From an uncultured Acidobacteriota bacterium (GTDB taxonomy: Bacteria; Acidobacteriota; Polarisedimenticolia; J045), in assembly GCA_963702425.1 (NCBI GenBank), contig CAVPCQ010000012.1:128001-192000 (forward strand): a DNA stretch of 64,000 nt, in the 5' to 3' direction. Below, piece after piece: positions 9,636 through 19,836 of the stretch. How positions within the stretch are numbered: the stretch's first letter is position 1; each line of letters starts with the position of its first letter. The notes below the pieces were generated by a model that saw nothing but the letters and a program-made list of their open reading frames with translations, did no database searches and was not told the origin of the DNA. The position numbers were made by a program, and so were the translations under genes.

Positions 9636-11227
9636 ACACGCCGTCCGGTGCCTCCGCCAGCCGTCGCACCCCGGTCCGACGCGCGCTCATCTCGGTCTAC
9701 GACAAGTACGGCGTCGTCGACCTGGCCCGCGCCCTCGCCGACGCCGGGGTCGAGATTCTCTCGACCGGCGGAACGGCCAGGATGCTGCTCGAGGCCGGCC
9801 TCTCGATCCGCCGGATCTCCGAGGTCACCGGCACACCCGAGATGCTCGACGGGCGGGTCAAGACGCTGCACCCGATGGTCCACGCGGGGATCCTGGCGGT
9901 GCGCGACAACCCGCGACACCAGAAGGACCTGGCCGCCTACGGTGCGAAGCCGATCGACCTCGTCGTGGCCAACCTCTATCCGTTCGAGATGACCGCGCGG
10001 ATGGAAGGGATCGGCCTGAGCGAGATCATCGAGATGATCGACATCGGCGGCCCGACGATGGTGCGCGCGGCGGCGAAGAACTTCCGCGACGTCGGCGTCG
10101 TCGTCGATCCCGCGGACTACGGCGCGGTGGTGGACGAGATCCGCGAGCACGGCGGCCTCTGCGACGCGACCCGCCTCGCGCTGTCGCGCAAGGCCTTCCA
10201 GCACACGGCGTCCTACGACAGCGCCGTTTATACCTTCATGGCCCAGCTCGAGCCGGACGGGACGCGGCGCACCGCCGATTCGCCGTTCCCGCAGAAGATC
10301 ACCCTCACCGTGGACAAGATTCAGGATCTGCGCTACGGCGAGAACCCGCACCAGAAGGCGGCGTTCTACGCCGAGCTGCAGGGGAACGGTGCGACGCTCG
10401 CGCACGCGGCGCAGCTCCACGGCACGGAGCTGTCGTTCAACAACCTGCTCGACTTCGACGCCGCGTTCGCGGCGGTGTCCTCGCTCGATGGGCCGGGGTG
10501 CGTGATCGTCAAGCACAACAACCCCTCCGGCGCGGCGGTCGGCGACGACGCCGTGGAGGCCTTCCGGCTGGCCCGCGACGCCGATCCGGTCAGCGCCTAC
10601 GGTGGCGTCGTCGCCTTCAATCGGACGGTCGACGAGGACACCGCGCTGGTGCTGGGCGAGACGTTCTTCGAAGGAGTGATCGCCCCCGGGTACACCGCCG
10701 AGGCCCGCGAGGCGCTGAAGAAGAAGAAGAAGCTGCGGGTGCTCGAACTGGGCGGGGCGCGGGCGGGCCGCCCGGGCCTCGACGTGCGCCGCGTGTCGGG
10801 CGGCTACCTGCTCCAGGAGTGGGACTCGGACGACAGCCTGGACGAGGTGAAGATCGCCACGCGCCGCGCGCCGACGGAAGAGGAGTGGGCGGCGCTGCGT
10901 TTCGCCTGGCGGATCTGCCGGCACGTCCGCTCGAACGCGATCGTGCTGGGAAAGGACAACCGCACGGTCGGGATCGGCGCCGGACAGATGAGCCGCGTCG
11001 ACTCGGTGCGGATCGCGGTGGTGAAGGCGGGCGACGAGGCCCGCGGGTCGGTGATGGCCTCCGACGCCTTCTTCCCGTTCCCGGACGGCGTGGAGGAGGC
11101 GGCGCGGGCCGGCGTCACCGCGGTGATCCAGCCGGGCGGCAGCATCCGTGACGAGGAGGTCGTCGCCGCCGTCGACCGGCTCGGCCTGGCGATGCTCTTT
11201 ACCGGCCGCCGCCACTTCCGCCACTGA
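9632..11227 (+). CDS. purH: Bifunctional AICAR transformylase/IMP cyclohydrolase
   Basis: ALISVYDK, GRVKTLHP, IDIGGPTM, YGENPHQ, KHNNP, GAGQMSRVDS, RHFRH. Confidence 0.98.
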   Translation: MNTPSGASASRRTPVRRALISVYDKYGVVDLARALADAGVEILSTGGTARMLLEAGLSIRRISEVTGTPEMLDGRVKTLHPMVHAGILAVRDNPRHQKDLAAYGAKPIDLVVANLYPFEMTARMEGIGLSEIIEMIDIGGPTMVRAAAKNFRDVGVVVDPADYGAVVDEIREHGGLCDATRLALSRKAFQHTASYDSAVYTFMAQLEPDGTRRTADSPFPQKITLTVDKIQDLRYGENPHQKAAFYAELQGNGATLAHAAQLHGTELSFNNLLDFDAAFAAVSSLDGPGCVIVKHNNPSGAAVGDDAVEAFRLARDADPVSAYGGVVAFNRTVDEDTALVLGETFFEGVIAPGYTAEAREALKKKKKLRVLELGGARAGRPGLDVRRVSGGYLLQEWDSDDSLDEVKIATRRAPTEEEWAALRFAWRICRHVRSNAIVLGKDNRTVGIGAGQMSRVDSVRIAVVKAGDEARGSVMASDAFFPFPDGVEEAARAGVTAVIQPGGSIRDEEVVAAVDRLGLAMLFTGRRHFRH

Positions 11228-11263
11228 TCACCGGCGGCGAGCGCCGAGAGCAGGCCTCCGGCG

Positions 11264-13132
11264 TCACTCCAGCGGACGGAACGGGATCGCGCCGAGCACC
11301 TGGTAGTAGGCCTCGTCGCGCGCGCGGTCGCGGTACTGCTTGCCGAGCTCGAGCAGGCGCTTGACCTCGGAATCCCCGGGGCGGCGCTCGAGCGCATCCC
11401 GCAGGTACTCACGCGCGCCGTACGGATCGCCGCCGCGCATCAATTGCAGCCCGAGGTTGAACGACGCGTTCGCGATCGCACGATTGAAGTCGGCCGGCTG
11501 CTCTGACTTGGGCAGGCGGTAGAGGATCCGCAGCGCCTCGGAGAAGTCCTGCTCGTTGTAGCTCCGGACGAGCTGGGAGCGGCGATCGTCGGCCTCGGCC
11601 CGCGAGGCGATCGCGTGCTCGACCTTGGCGGCCAGGGCCTTCGCCTCGGCGTGAGCCGGGTCGAGCTGCGCGGCCTGGCGGATCAGGGCGAAGCCGGCCT
11701 GCTCGTCCCCGCGCGCGACCGCCAGCTTCGCTTCGGTCAGCAGCCGCGGGACGTCGGCCTTGGTGAGCTGGGGCGCTGCCGGTGCGGGGGCCGCCTTGAG
11801 GGCCTTCGCCGGCTTGAACTTCTGCTCCGCGACGGCCGGCTGCGCGGCGCCGCCGCCCCACCAGCCGAGTGCCCCGCCCAACCACCATCCTCCGGAGCCG
11901 AGGAGGACCAGTGCGAACAGCGCGGCGACCGGGACCGCAAGCCGGCGAACGATCGAGCCCTTCGCGCTCTTCGCGCCCTTGGCGGCCCTCGCGGCGTTGC
12001 CGATCAGCGGCCGCGCAACAGCCGGAGCGTTCGCGCGCGGCGTCGGCAGCGGCGGCGCCGAGGCGGCGGGGGGCGCAGGAGCTGCCGTCTCTCCGGCCGC
12101 GGCATCGGCGGCGGGAGCGCCGGCGACCGCGATCGGCGGGCGAACCGGCTTGGCGGACGCCATGGCCGCCAGCGGTGCATCGACCGGGACGCGCTCCTTG
12201 GCCACACCCGCGGCGTAACGGCCCGCGCTCGGCTGGGCCGGCTCGGGGGTCGCGTTGGACTGGAAGTCGAACCCGCCGGTGGGAGCGAACTCGGCGGGCG
12301 ACGGCAGCGGGGCGGCCGGCCGGGGTACCGTCGCCGACGACTTCGACGCGGGGGCCGGCGGGCCCGGTGCCGGGACCAGCCCTCCGAGGGCCGGCCCCGT
12401 CTCCGCCGTTGCGGCGTTGTGTGCGCGCCCCTCCTGGATCAACTGACGGGCGCGCGCGAGCCACTCCAGCGCCTCCGGGTGCTCGGGGGCCAGCCCGAGG
12501 ACCTGCTGCAGCATCGGGATCGCTTGCGCCGCATCACCGCGCTCGATCGAGGCGATCGCGTCGGAGAGCAGGTGGTCGACCGTGGCCGCGCGGCGACCAG
12601 CCTCGGCGCGGGCTTCCTCGAGAACCTCCTGCGCCGCCTCGCACGATTCGTGCATGGCGAGCGCGCGGGAAGCGAGCTCGGTCGCGCCGGGAAGGTCACC
12701 CTGGAAGAGGTGTCGGCGGGCCTGCTCGGCGAGCAGCGCGGCTTCCCCTTCGACAGCCCGGACCGCGGCGCTCCGCGGCGTGGCCAGTTTCTCGGCTTCC
12801 TCGACCGGGAGCTGGCCAGTCGCTTCGAGCAGGTCCTCGATCGCTTCCGACTGCAGCGGCGAGGGGCTGGCCGGCGCGGGTGCCGGCGTCGCCACGGCCG
12901 CCAGGTCGAAGTCCAGCGGCAGATCGAAGTCGCCGATCGGCTTTCCGGACGGCGCCGCGGCTGGCGGCGGCAACGCGCGATCGACGCCCGCCATGGCCGT
13001 TTCGTTCTCCGGGTCGATCTGGAGGACGGCCTCGAAAATCATCCGGGCGCTCTCCGGGTCGCCCCCGGCAAACGTCTCCTCGGCCTGCCGGAGGAGGTCG
13101 GCGATCTCTTCCGAATACGCGCTCTGGCTCAC
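11264..13132 (-). CDS. TPR-containing membrane protein with Pro/Ala-rich linker
   Basis: N-terminal TPRs, low-complexity linker, one TM helix, C-terminal TPRs; GTG start estimated. Confidence 0.75.
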   Translation of the reverse strand: MSQSAYSEEIADLLRQAEETFAGGDPESARMIFEAVLQIDPENETAMAGVDRALPPPAAAPSGKPIGDFDLPLDFDLAAVATPAPAPASPSPLQSEAIEDLLEATGQLPVEEAEKLATPRSAAVRAVEGEAALLAEQARRHLFQGDLPGATELASRALAMHESCEAAQEVLEEARAEAGRRAATVDHLLSDAIASIERGDAAQAIPMLQQVLGLAPEHPEALEWLARARQLIQEGRAHNAATAETGPALGGLVPAPGPPAPASKSSATVPRPAAPLPSPAEFAPTGGFDFQSNATPEPAQPSAGRYAAGVAKERVPVDAPLAAMASAKPVRPPIAVAGAPAADAAAGETAAPAPPAASAPPLPTPRANAPAVARPLIGNAARAAKGAKSAKGSIVRRLAVPVAALFALVLLGSGGWWLGGALGWWGGGAAQPAVAEQKFKPAKALKAAPAPAAPQLTKADVPRLLTEAKLAVARGDEQAGFALIRQAAQLDPAHAEAKALAAKVEHAIASRAEADDRRSQLVRSYNEQDFSEALRILYRLPKSEQPADFNRAIANASFNLGLQLMRGGDPYGAREYLRDALERRPGDSEVKRLLELGKQYRDRARDEAYYQVLGAIPFRPLE

Positions 13133-13210
13133 GCTTCCATCCTGCCTACACCCCCCCCGGCGAATGTAGGGCGGGGGGGGGAAGGACGGCAACGAACAAC
13201 CGGAAACGGG

Positions 13211-13459
13211 CTACGGCCCGGGGGCCGCTCGGCGGCAGTCCTCGGAACAGTAGAAAGACTCCCCGTCCCGCACGGCGCGGCTTTCGGGCAGGAGGAGGCC
13301 GCAGACGGGGTCCTGCACCAGGCGCTCGGAACCGGCCTGCACCGGGGGGCGCCGCACCCGCGGTCCGACCGGGAGCCGCGCCGGTGCCAGGGCGAACCGG
13401 ACCAGCCGCAGCACGGTCAGGACCAGGATCACGAACAGGAGCCAACGGATGAGTGCCAT
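13211..13459 (-). CDS. Small membrane-anchored YHS/TRASH metal-binding protein
   Basis: TM helix then LVQDPVCG...FYCSEDC; RBS GGAGG. Confidence 0.8.
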   Translation of the reverse strand: MALIRWLLFVILVLTVLRLVRFALAPARLPVGPRVRRPPVQAGSERLVQDPVCGLLLPESRAVRDGESFYCSEDCRRAAPGP

Positions 13460-13503
13460 CGGGCGTCCTCCAGCCGCACCGTCGACGCCCCGCCCGCGGC
13501 CGA

Positions 13504-14481
13504 TCAGCCGCCCGCGTCGGCCAGCCGCTTCTCGAGGCTCGGGAGGTTCGGGTCGTCCGGCTTGACCTTCTTCAGGGTGTCGATCCAGCGCCGCGCCGAG
13601 GCCTTGTCCCCGGCGTCGAGTGCGATCACGACCGCGTTGAATGCAGCCTGCCACTGCTGCGGGTTGGCGGTGAGCGCGCGCTCGAACAGCTGAAGCGCCT
13701 CCGGCACCCGGCCCTGCTGGGCGACGACGAAGCCGAGGTCGGTGATCACGCCCGCGGCGAGCGGATTGACCGCCAGCGCGCGGCGATACGACGCCTCCGC
13801 CAGGGCCCACTGGCCGGAGTCGTAGTAGAAGTTGCCGGCCTTGGATTGCGCGTCGAAGTCGTCGGGCATCGCCTTGCCGTCGGCCACGACTTTCCGGATG
13901 GCTTCGAGTTCGGCCTGCATCTGGCCCGCCACCGGCGCACCGGGCGCTCGTCGCTGGAACTCCGCCAGCGCACGGCTCGCCGCGTCGAGGTCGCCCGCAC
14001 CGTGCAGCGCGACATCGAAGGACAGCGCCGCGGCCTGGGCGTCGCTGCGCTCGGTGTCGAGCACCTTCATCGCCATCTCGAGCGCCTTCTTCGGCTGGCG
14101 CGCGGTGCGATAGGCGACCGCCACGCGGCCCATGATCTGGGCGTTCCCGGGATCGCCGGCCAGCGCACGCTCGTAGTGGGAGATCGCCTCCGGGACGGCC
14201 TGCTGCTGCAGCAGGAAGTCGCCCAGCGCAACCAGCGCCGGAACGTCGTTCGGGTTCTGCGCGAGGCGCGCGCGCATCTCTTCGAAGGACGGCGCGCCGC
14301 CGGCCTGGCCCGCGCCGCCCGCCATGCCGGGGACGCCTCCCTGGGGCGCGGGGGCCTGGGCCTGACGAACGGGGGCGCCGACCCCGCCGCCGCCGAAGAG
14401 GACGTTCCCGAGCACCAGGCCGACGACCAGTCCGAGGACTGTGCCGGCTGCGAGAAACAGGCCCTGATCCTTCCGCATCAC
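13504..14481 (-). CDS. TPR protein with N-terminal membrane anchor
   Basis: Multiple TPR motifs (YERALAGDP, YRRALAVNP, FERALTANP); RBS GGAGG. Confidence 0.85.
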   Translation of the reverse strand: MMRKDQGLFLAAGTVLGLVVGLVLGNVLFGGGGVGAPVRQAQAPAPQGGVPGMAGGAGQAGGAPSFEEMRARLAQNPNDVPALVALGDFLLQQQAVPEAISHYERALAGDPGNAQIMGRVAVAYRTARQPKKALEMAMKVLDTERSDAQAAALSFDVALHGAGDLDAASRALAEFQRRAPGAPVAGQMQAELEAIRKVVADGKAMPDDFDAQSKAGNFYYDSGQWALAEASYRRALAVNPLAAGVITDLGFVVAQQGRVPEALQLFERALTANPQQWQAAFNAVVIALDAGDKASARRWIDTLKKVKPDDPNLPSLEKRLADAGG

Positions 14482-14517
14482 GTCCTCCGCAACCTCGAAA
14501 CGGCAAAGCTCTGCACC

Positions 14518-14685
14518 CTAGTGTCCCGATTCCGTCTTGGGTTGACAACCAAGGCCGCCGAAGCGCCTGCGGGGCAAGGCGCGAGGACGCCGGCGTACTC
14601 GCGCCGTACGCCAAGGACGAGCAACGCCGCCCTGCGGGATGCAGCGGCGGCCGACTGTCAAGCCAAGACGGATTTGGGACACTAG
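14518..14685. mobile_element. MITE-like non-autonomous element, 168 bp
   Basis: 30-bp terminal inverted repeats (27/30 identical) starting and ending in CTAG; internal palindromes; no ORF. Confidence 0.7.
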
Positions 14686-14761
14686 CCCTGGACCGGTGGG
14701 GCGTCAACCGCGGTCCCGCGGGGCGCTGGCGGCGCGCCTGCGGGACCCGGAGAATCGCTCG

Positions 14762-15811
14762 ATGCCCGCCGACGACGACGCCCCGATCAACCTCTACGGT
14801 CTCGAGGAGGAGGCCCTCGCCACCCTGCTCGCGCCGCTCGATCCGGCGCGATTCCGGTCCCGCCAGGTCTTCGCCTGGATGTACGGGCGCGGCCTGGCCG
14901 ACCCCTCGGCCTGGACCGACCTGCCGAAGGCGTTGCGGACCGCGCTGGCCGGGCGCTACGCCGCCCTTCGGCCGCGCATCGCCTCCCGCCACCCGGCGTC
15001 GGACGCCACGATCAAGTTCGTGCTCGATCTGCCGCGGGGCGGTCAGGTCGAGGCGGTCGCGATCCCGACCGAGGAGCGAATGACGTTCTGCATCTCCTCG
15101 CAGGTCGGATGCGGCTTCGGTTGTGCGTTCTGCATGACCGCGAAGCTCGGCTTCACCCGCAACCTCGACGCCGGCGAGATCGTCGGCCAGGTCGCGGCGC
15201 TGCTCACCGAGACCGGCACCTCGGCTGGCGAGTACAACGTCGTTTTCATGGGGATGGGCGAGCCGCTGCAGAACCTCGAGAGCGTGCTGGCGGCGCTCCG
15301 GATCCTGACCCACGAGCGCGGCTTCGGCCTGGGCCCGCGGCGGATCACGATCTCGACCGTCGGGCTGCCGAAGGGGATCCGTCGCCTGGCGCAGGAAAAG
15401 GTCGTGCCGCGCCTCGCCGTCTCGCTGGTGGCCGCCGACCCGGAGGTGCGCGGGAGCCTGATGCCGATTGCCCGGTCGGTGACGCTCGACGAGCTGGCCG
15501 ACGCGGTCCTGGAGTTCGCCCGGGGGCGGCGTGACGAGCCGACCCTCGAGTGCGTCATGCTCGACGGAGTCAACGACGCGCCGGAGCTGGCGCACAAGTT
15601 GGCGAAACTCGCCCGGCGCGCCGGCGCCAAGGTCAACCTGATCGAGTTCAACCCGACACCCGCGCTTCCCTATCGACCCTCGTCCGAGGCGCGCCTGGAG
15701 TACTTTCTCCGCGTGCTCTCCGAGGCGGGGGTCGTCGGGACGGTCCGCCGCTCGCGCGGCAAGGACGCGTTCGCAGCCTGCGGCCAGCTGGCCTTCCTGA
15801 CAAAACCGTAG
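14762..15811 (+). CDS. rlmN: 23S rRNA (A2503-C2)-methyltransferase RlmN
   Basis: CISSQVGCGFGCAFC radical SAM motif, VFMGMGEP, AACGQL. Confidence 0.96.
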   Translation: MPADDDAPINLYGLEEEALATLLAPLDPARFRSRQVFAWMYGRGLADPSAWTDLPKALRTALAGRYAALRPRIASRHPASDATIKFVLDLPRGGQVEAVAIPTEERMTFCISSQVGCGFGCAFCMTAKLGFTRNLDAGEIVGQVAALLTETGTSAGEYNVVFMGMGEPLQNLESVLAALRILTHERGFGLGPRRITISTVGLPKGIRRLAQEKVVPRLAVSLVAADPEVRGSLMPIARSVTLDELADAVLEFARGRRDEPTLECVMLDGVNDAPELAHKLAKLARRAGAKVNLIEFNPTPALPYRPSSEARLEYFLRVLSEAGVVGTVRRSRGKDAFAACGQLAFLTKP

Positions 15812-15870
15812 GGGCCGGCCTCTGTGCCGGCCCACCACGCGCCCGTACGGGCCGGCCTCTGTGCCGGCCC
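15808..15870 (+). repeat. Two tandem direct REP copies (15808-15833, 15845-15870)
   Basis: GTAGGGGCCGGCCTCTGTGCCGGCCC and GTACGGGCCGGCCTCTGTGCCGGCCC between convergent rlmN and rho. Confidence 0.85.
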
Positions 15871-15886
15871 GCACGACGCCGGCCCG

Positions 15887-17161
15887 CTACGCGCCCGTAC
15901 GGGCCGGGGCTCCGAGGCTCGACAGGAAGTCGTTGTTGGTCTCGAACGCCGAGAGCTTCTTCAGGAGCGCTTCGACGGCGTCGACTGCGCTCATGGTGGA
16001 GAGGGCGCGCCGCAGCAGATGGACTTTCGGGGTCCACTCCTTCAGCAGCTTCTCCTCCTTGCGGGTCCCGGTCTGGTGGATATCGATGCAGGGGAAGACA
16101 CGCTTCTCGAACAGCTTGCGGTCGAGGACGATCTCGGTGTTTCCCGTACCCTTGAACTCCTGGAAGATGATCTCGTCCATCTTGGACCCGGTGTCGACCA
16201 GGCAGGACGCGATGATCGTCAGCGAGCCCCCTTCCTCGCAGCGCCGCGCCGCGCCGAAGAAGCGGCGCGGATTCTCGAGCGTACGCGAGTCGATGCCGCC
16301 GGTGAGGATCTTGCCGGAGCCGCGCTGCTCGACGTTGTAGGCCCGCGCCAGGCGCGTCAGCGAGTCGAGCAGGATCAGCACATCCTTGCCCGACTCGACC
16401 AGGCGCTTCGCGCGTTCGAGCACGATCTCGGCGACCGAAACGTGGTTGCGCGCCATCTCGTCCGAACTCGACGCGATGACCTCGCCGTTCGGGACACGCC
16501 GGCGCCAGTCGGTGACCTCCTCCGGGCGCTCATCGATCAGCAGCACGATCAGGTGCATATCGGGGTGGTTGACCGCGACCGCGTGAGCCACCTGCTGCAG
16601 CAGCGTCGTCTTGCCCGCCTTCGGCGGCGCGACGACGAGGCAGCGCTGACCCTTGCCGATCGGCGCGACGAGATCGACCACGCGCGGCTCGATCGGTTCG
16701 CGGCCCGTCTCGAGGCGGACGACCTCCTCGGGCGAGGTGGCGGTGAGGTCGGCGAAGTGGCGCCGGTTCTCCCACGCCTCGGCCGGCGCGCCGTTGATCT
16801 CCTGGATCTCGTAGAGCGCCGGGCCGCGCCGGCCGGTTGGCCGGGCCGTCCCCCGGATCTCGACCCCCTCCTCGAGCCGCCGGTCGCGGATGATGTCGGG
16901 CGCGACCCAGATATCGTCGGGACGCGGCAGGTAGTTCGCCTTCTGTGTCCGCAGGAAGCCGTATGCCTCCGGCAGGACCTCGAGCACGCCGTGCGCTTCG
17001 AGGGGCTCCGAGTTCGTCGACTCCGACGCGCTCTCGGCGGCAGCGCTCACCGCCCCCTCGGCCGCCCGCTGCCCGCCGTTTCCGTCCGGGCGGCGGCGAC
17101 GACGACGACGCTTGAAACCACCCTTCTTCTCCGCAACACCCTTGGCCGATTCCTGGTTCAC
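15887..17161 (-). CDS. rho: Transcription termination factor Rho
   Basis: YGFLR, PIGKGQR, APPKAGKT, LIDERPEEVTD, QEFKGTGN; GTG start estimated. Confidence 0.96.
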   Translation of the reverse strand: MNQESAKGVAEKKGGFKRRRRRRRPDGNGGQRAAEGAVSAAAESASESTNSEPLEAHGVLEVLPEAYGFLRTQKANYLPRPDDIWVAPDIIRDRRLEEGVEIRGTARPTGRRGPALYEIQEINGAPAEAWENRRHFADLTATSPEEVVRLETGREPIEPRVVDLVAPIGKGQRCLVVAPPKAGKTTLLQQVAHAVAVNHPDMHLIVLLIDERPEEVTDWRRRVPNGEVIASSSDEMARNHVSVAEIVLERAKRLVESGKDVLILLDSLTRLARAYNVEQRGSGKILTGGIDSRTLENPRRFFGAARRCEEGGSLTIIASCLVDTGSKMDEIIFQEFKGTGNTEIVLDRKLFEKRVFPCIDIHQTGTRKEEKLLKEWTPKVHLLRRALSTMSAVDAVEALLKKLSAFETNNDFLSSLGAPARTGA

Positions 17162-17198
17162 CTTGCCGTCCTGTCCGGGGTTTCGCTCCCGGTGTCGT

Positions 17199-17882
17199 TC
17201 ATCCCGCGTTTGCCGCGAGGCCGCGCACCGTCGGGTGCGCATCGGCGACGAGCCGCTCGAGTGCGGCCTGCCTCTCCGGCGTGGGCGGCAGCGCGACCAG
17301 CGCGCCGGCCAACCGGGCCCTGACTACCCAGTCCGGGTCGGCCACGAACGCGGCCGCCCGTCCGGCTCCGTCGATCCGCACGCACGCCGCAACGGCGTGC
17401 GCACGCAACAGCGCGTCGGTTTCGTTCCGCGCCGCCGCGCACGCCCTTTCCAAAAGGCGAGCGCGCACGCGCTGGTCGGTGCCGCGACCGGCGACCTCGC
17501 AGGCGAGCAGCGTCCGCTCCGCGGACCCGCGTCCGGTGTTTTCGAGCAATCGTGCTCCCACGTCATCCGGGTTCAGGTGCAGCAACGCGTGCACCGCGCA
17601 ACCCCTCACCAACGGATCCGGGTCATCGAGACCCGCCACGAGCGCCGCCGCCGACACGCCGGGCGCCTGGCCCAGCAGCCGCACGCGCTCCGCGCGGGCG
17701 ATCGATCCGGAGCCCCCGCGAAGAGGCGCCGGAAACGGGACCGTGCCGTCCCTTGGAACTTCGAGTCTCTCGGAGGGGCTGTGCGATGGAACGCTAGGAG
17801 AGTCCGGCGACACCCCGCAGCCGAGAAGGATTCCCAGAGGAATCGCCGCGACCGCCACAGAGGGTCGCGACCGTCGGCTCAC
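17199..17882 (-). CDS. HEAT-repeat putative lipoprotein
   Basis: Lipobox-like ILLGC; DPDPLVRG, DPDWVVRA and DAHPTVRG repeats; start uncertain. Confidence 0.6.
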   Translation of the reverse strand: MSRRSRPSVAVAAIPLGILLGCGVSPDSPSVPSHSPSERLEVPRDGTVPFPAPLRGGSGSIARAERVRLLGQAPGVSAAALVAGLDDPDPLVRGCAVHALLHLNPDDVGARLLENTGRGSAERTLLACEVAGRGTDQRVRARLLERACAAARNETDALLRAHAVAACVRIDGAGRAAAFVADPDWVVRARLAGALVALPPTPERQAALERLVADAHPTVRGLAANAG

Positions 17883-18076
17883 TCGCACCGACTGCACGGA
17901 GACTAGCAGACGTCTCACCGTCTTGTCCAGAACCGATGTCCCCAAGGGGAGCTGCGCGGACCGCGCCGGGACGGCGGGCTGCGAAAGGCCCCGGACTGCT
18001 CCGGAGCCGTCGTTCACGGGATCGAGGGGCGAACTGCCCCCGGTCGATTGTTGTTCCGGGGAGCCCGCCGCGCAAG

Positions 18077-18952
18077 TCAGGGTGCGCCGGGCGGGGTTCC
18101 GGGGGGCGGTCCGATGTCGGGGACGATCTCCTCTTCCGGAGCGACCGGGGGCTCGATCGGCACCGTCGGCGCCGGAGGCCGGCGGAGCGGCGCTGCCGTG
18201 GGCGCGGCCGGCGCCGGCACCGCCGCGAAGGCGTCCGCCTCGAGCGGGCCCACCCCCAGGCGGAGGAGCGACTCGGAAGCCGCCCCGCGGACGAGCGGGT
18301 TCTCGTCCTTGGCCAGGGCGAAGAGTGCGTCGCGGGCCCGCTCTTCCCGCACCGCGCCGAGCGCGCGGGCCGCGCGCGCCCGGACCTCGGGATCGGGGTC
18401 GGTCACGGCAGCGATCAGCGGATCCGCCGCCAGCGGCGAGGCGATGGTCGCCAGCGCGCGTGCCGCCTCGCGCCGCACCAGGGGGTCGCTGTCGCGCATC
18501 GCGGTCATCAGTGCGGGGAGCGACTCGGCCGGTGCGATGTCGGCCAGCGCCTGCACGGCGCGCCGCCGCACCACCGGCACCGGATCGAGCACCAGTTCGG
18601 CCAGGATCGAGGCCGTCTCGGGGCGACGGAACCGGGCCAGCGCGGCCGCCGCAGTGACCCGCACGCCCGCATCCGGGTCGCGCGCGGCGCGTGCCAGCAG
18701 GGTCACCCCCTCCGGCAGCCCCAGCCGCCCGATCATCGCCGCCGCGGTCACGCGTACGCCGGGCGAGCGATCTTCGATCGCCGCCTCCAGCAGTTTCACG
18801 TCGAGGCGGTTCTCGCGCTCGGCCGCGTAGAGCGCCTGCACGCCGCCCGCGGGCCCGCGCGCGCAGCCGACCTCCCCCAGCACGGCGACGAGCGCCGCGA
18901 CGAGCACGGGGGCCAGGCGTGACGGAACGATGGGGACGCGGGAGGTTCTCAT
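18077..18952 (-). CDS. HEAT-repeat putative lipoprotein
   Basis: Six DPDxxVRxxAAxAL-type repeats; start overlaps the yjbQ stop (ATGA). Confidence 0.8.
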   Translation of the reverse strand: MRTSRVPIVPSRLAPVLVAALVAVLGEVGCARGPAGGVQALYAAERENRLDVKLLEAAIEDRSPGVRVTAAAMIGRLGLPEGVTLLARAARDPDAGVRVTAAAALARFRRPETASILAELVLDPVPVVRRRAVQALADIAPAESLPALMTAMRDSDPLVRREAARALATIASPLAADPLIAAVTDPDPEVRARAARALGAVREERARDALFALAKDENPLVRGAASESLLRLGVGPLEADAFAAVPAPAAPTAAPLRRPPAPTVPIEPPVAPEEEIVPDIGPPPGTPPGAP

Positions 18953-19371
18953 GCGCCGATGATCTTGATCAGGACGCGCTTCGGGCGGCGGCCGTCGAAC
19001 TCCCCATAGAAGATGTGCTCCCACGGCCCGAGGTCCAGCCGGCCGTTCGTCACCGCCACGACGACCTCGCGCCCCATGATCTGCCGCTTGTGGTGGGCGT
19101 CGGCATTGTCCTCGCCGGTGCGGTTGTGCCGGTAGCGCTGTGGGCCGGCGTCGAACGGCGCGAGCTGCTCGAGCCAGCGCTTGTAGTCCTCGTGCAGACC
19201 GGACTCGTTGTCGTTGATGAAGACGCTGGCCGTGATGTGCATCGCGTTGACGAGGCACAGACCTTCCTGGACGCCGCTCTCGGCGACGGCCTGCTCGACT
19301 TCGCGCTGAAGGCTCACGAAGTCCATCCGCGCCGGGACGTTCATCGTCAGCTCGCGGCGGAAGCTCTTCAC
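18949..19371 (-). CDS. yjbQ: YjbQ/UPF0047 family protein
   Basis: [40 protein letters not shown]. Confidence 0.92.
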   Translation of the reverse strand: MKSFRRELTMNVPARMDFVSLQREVEQAVAESGVQEGLCLVNAMHITASVFINDNESGLHEDYKRWLEQLAPFDAGPQRYRHNRTGEDNADAHHKRQIMGREVVVAVTNGRLDLGPWEHIFYGEFDGRRPKRVLIKIIGA

Positions 19372-19444
19372 GGGGGCGCCCCGGATCCGGACGGACGGCC
19401 CATCGGTCGCGGCCCATCGGTCGCGGTCCATCGCTCGACGTCCA

Positions 19445-19747
19445 TCAATCGTAATCCATCGGGTTGATGCGCTTCTTCGGGTCCTTCTCGGCCTTTTCTT
19501 TCGCGACCTCGAACTTTCGATCGAGCAGCTCGGTCCGCTTGCGCTCGACTTTGAAGGCCTGCGTGAAGTCCTCTTCGCGCCGCTGGTCGGCCGTCTTCAG
19601 GTCGCCCAGCGCGTCCTCGAAGTCCTTCCGGGCCCCCGCCGGCGGCGTGGCGTCGATCACGGCCCCGGTCTCGCGGTCGACGGTGAGCCGGCCACGGCAG
19701 AGCGGGCAGTCGAGATGGAGGTTCTGGTCGCGCGGCGAACCGGTCAT
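19445..19747 (-). CDS. Small hypothetical protein with N-terminal CxxC
   Basis: RBS GGAGG, CPLC then charged helical tail; 100 aa. Confidence 0.7.
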   Translation of the reverse strand: MTGSPRDQNLHLDCPLCRGRLTVDRETGAVIDATPPAGARKDFEDALGDLKTADQRREEDFTQAFKVERKRTELLDRKFEVAKEKAEKDPKKRINPMDYD

Positions 19748-19836
19748 GGGAGAACCCTCCGCGGAAGGCGCGCAGAAGGTTCCCCCGAGTCGGTCCCGGG
19801 ACGCAACCCGGCGTCGTGCGCCGGCCCCGGCCGCCC

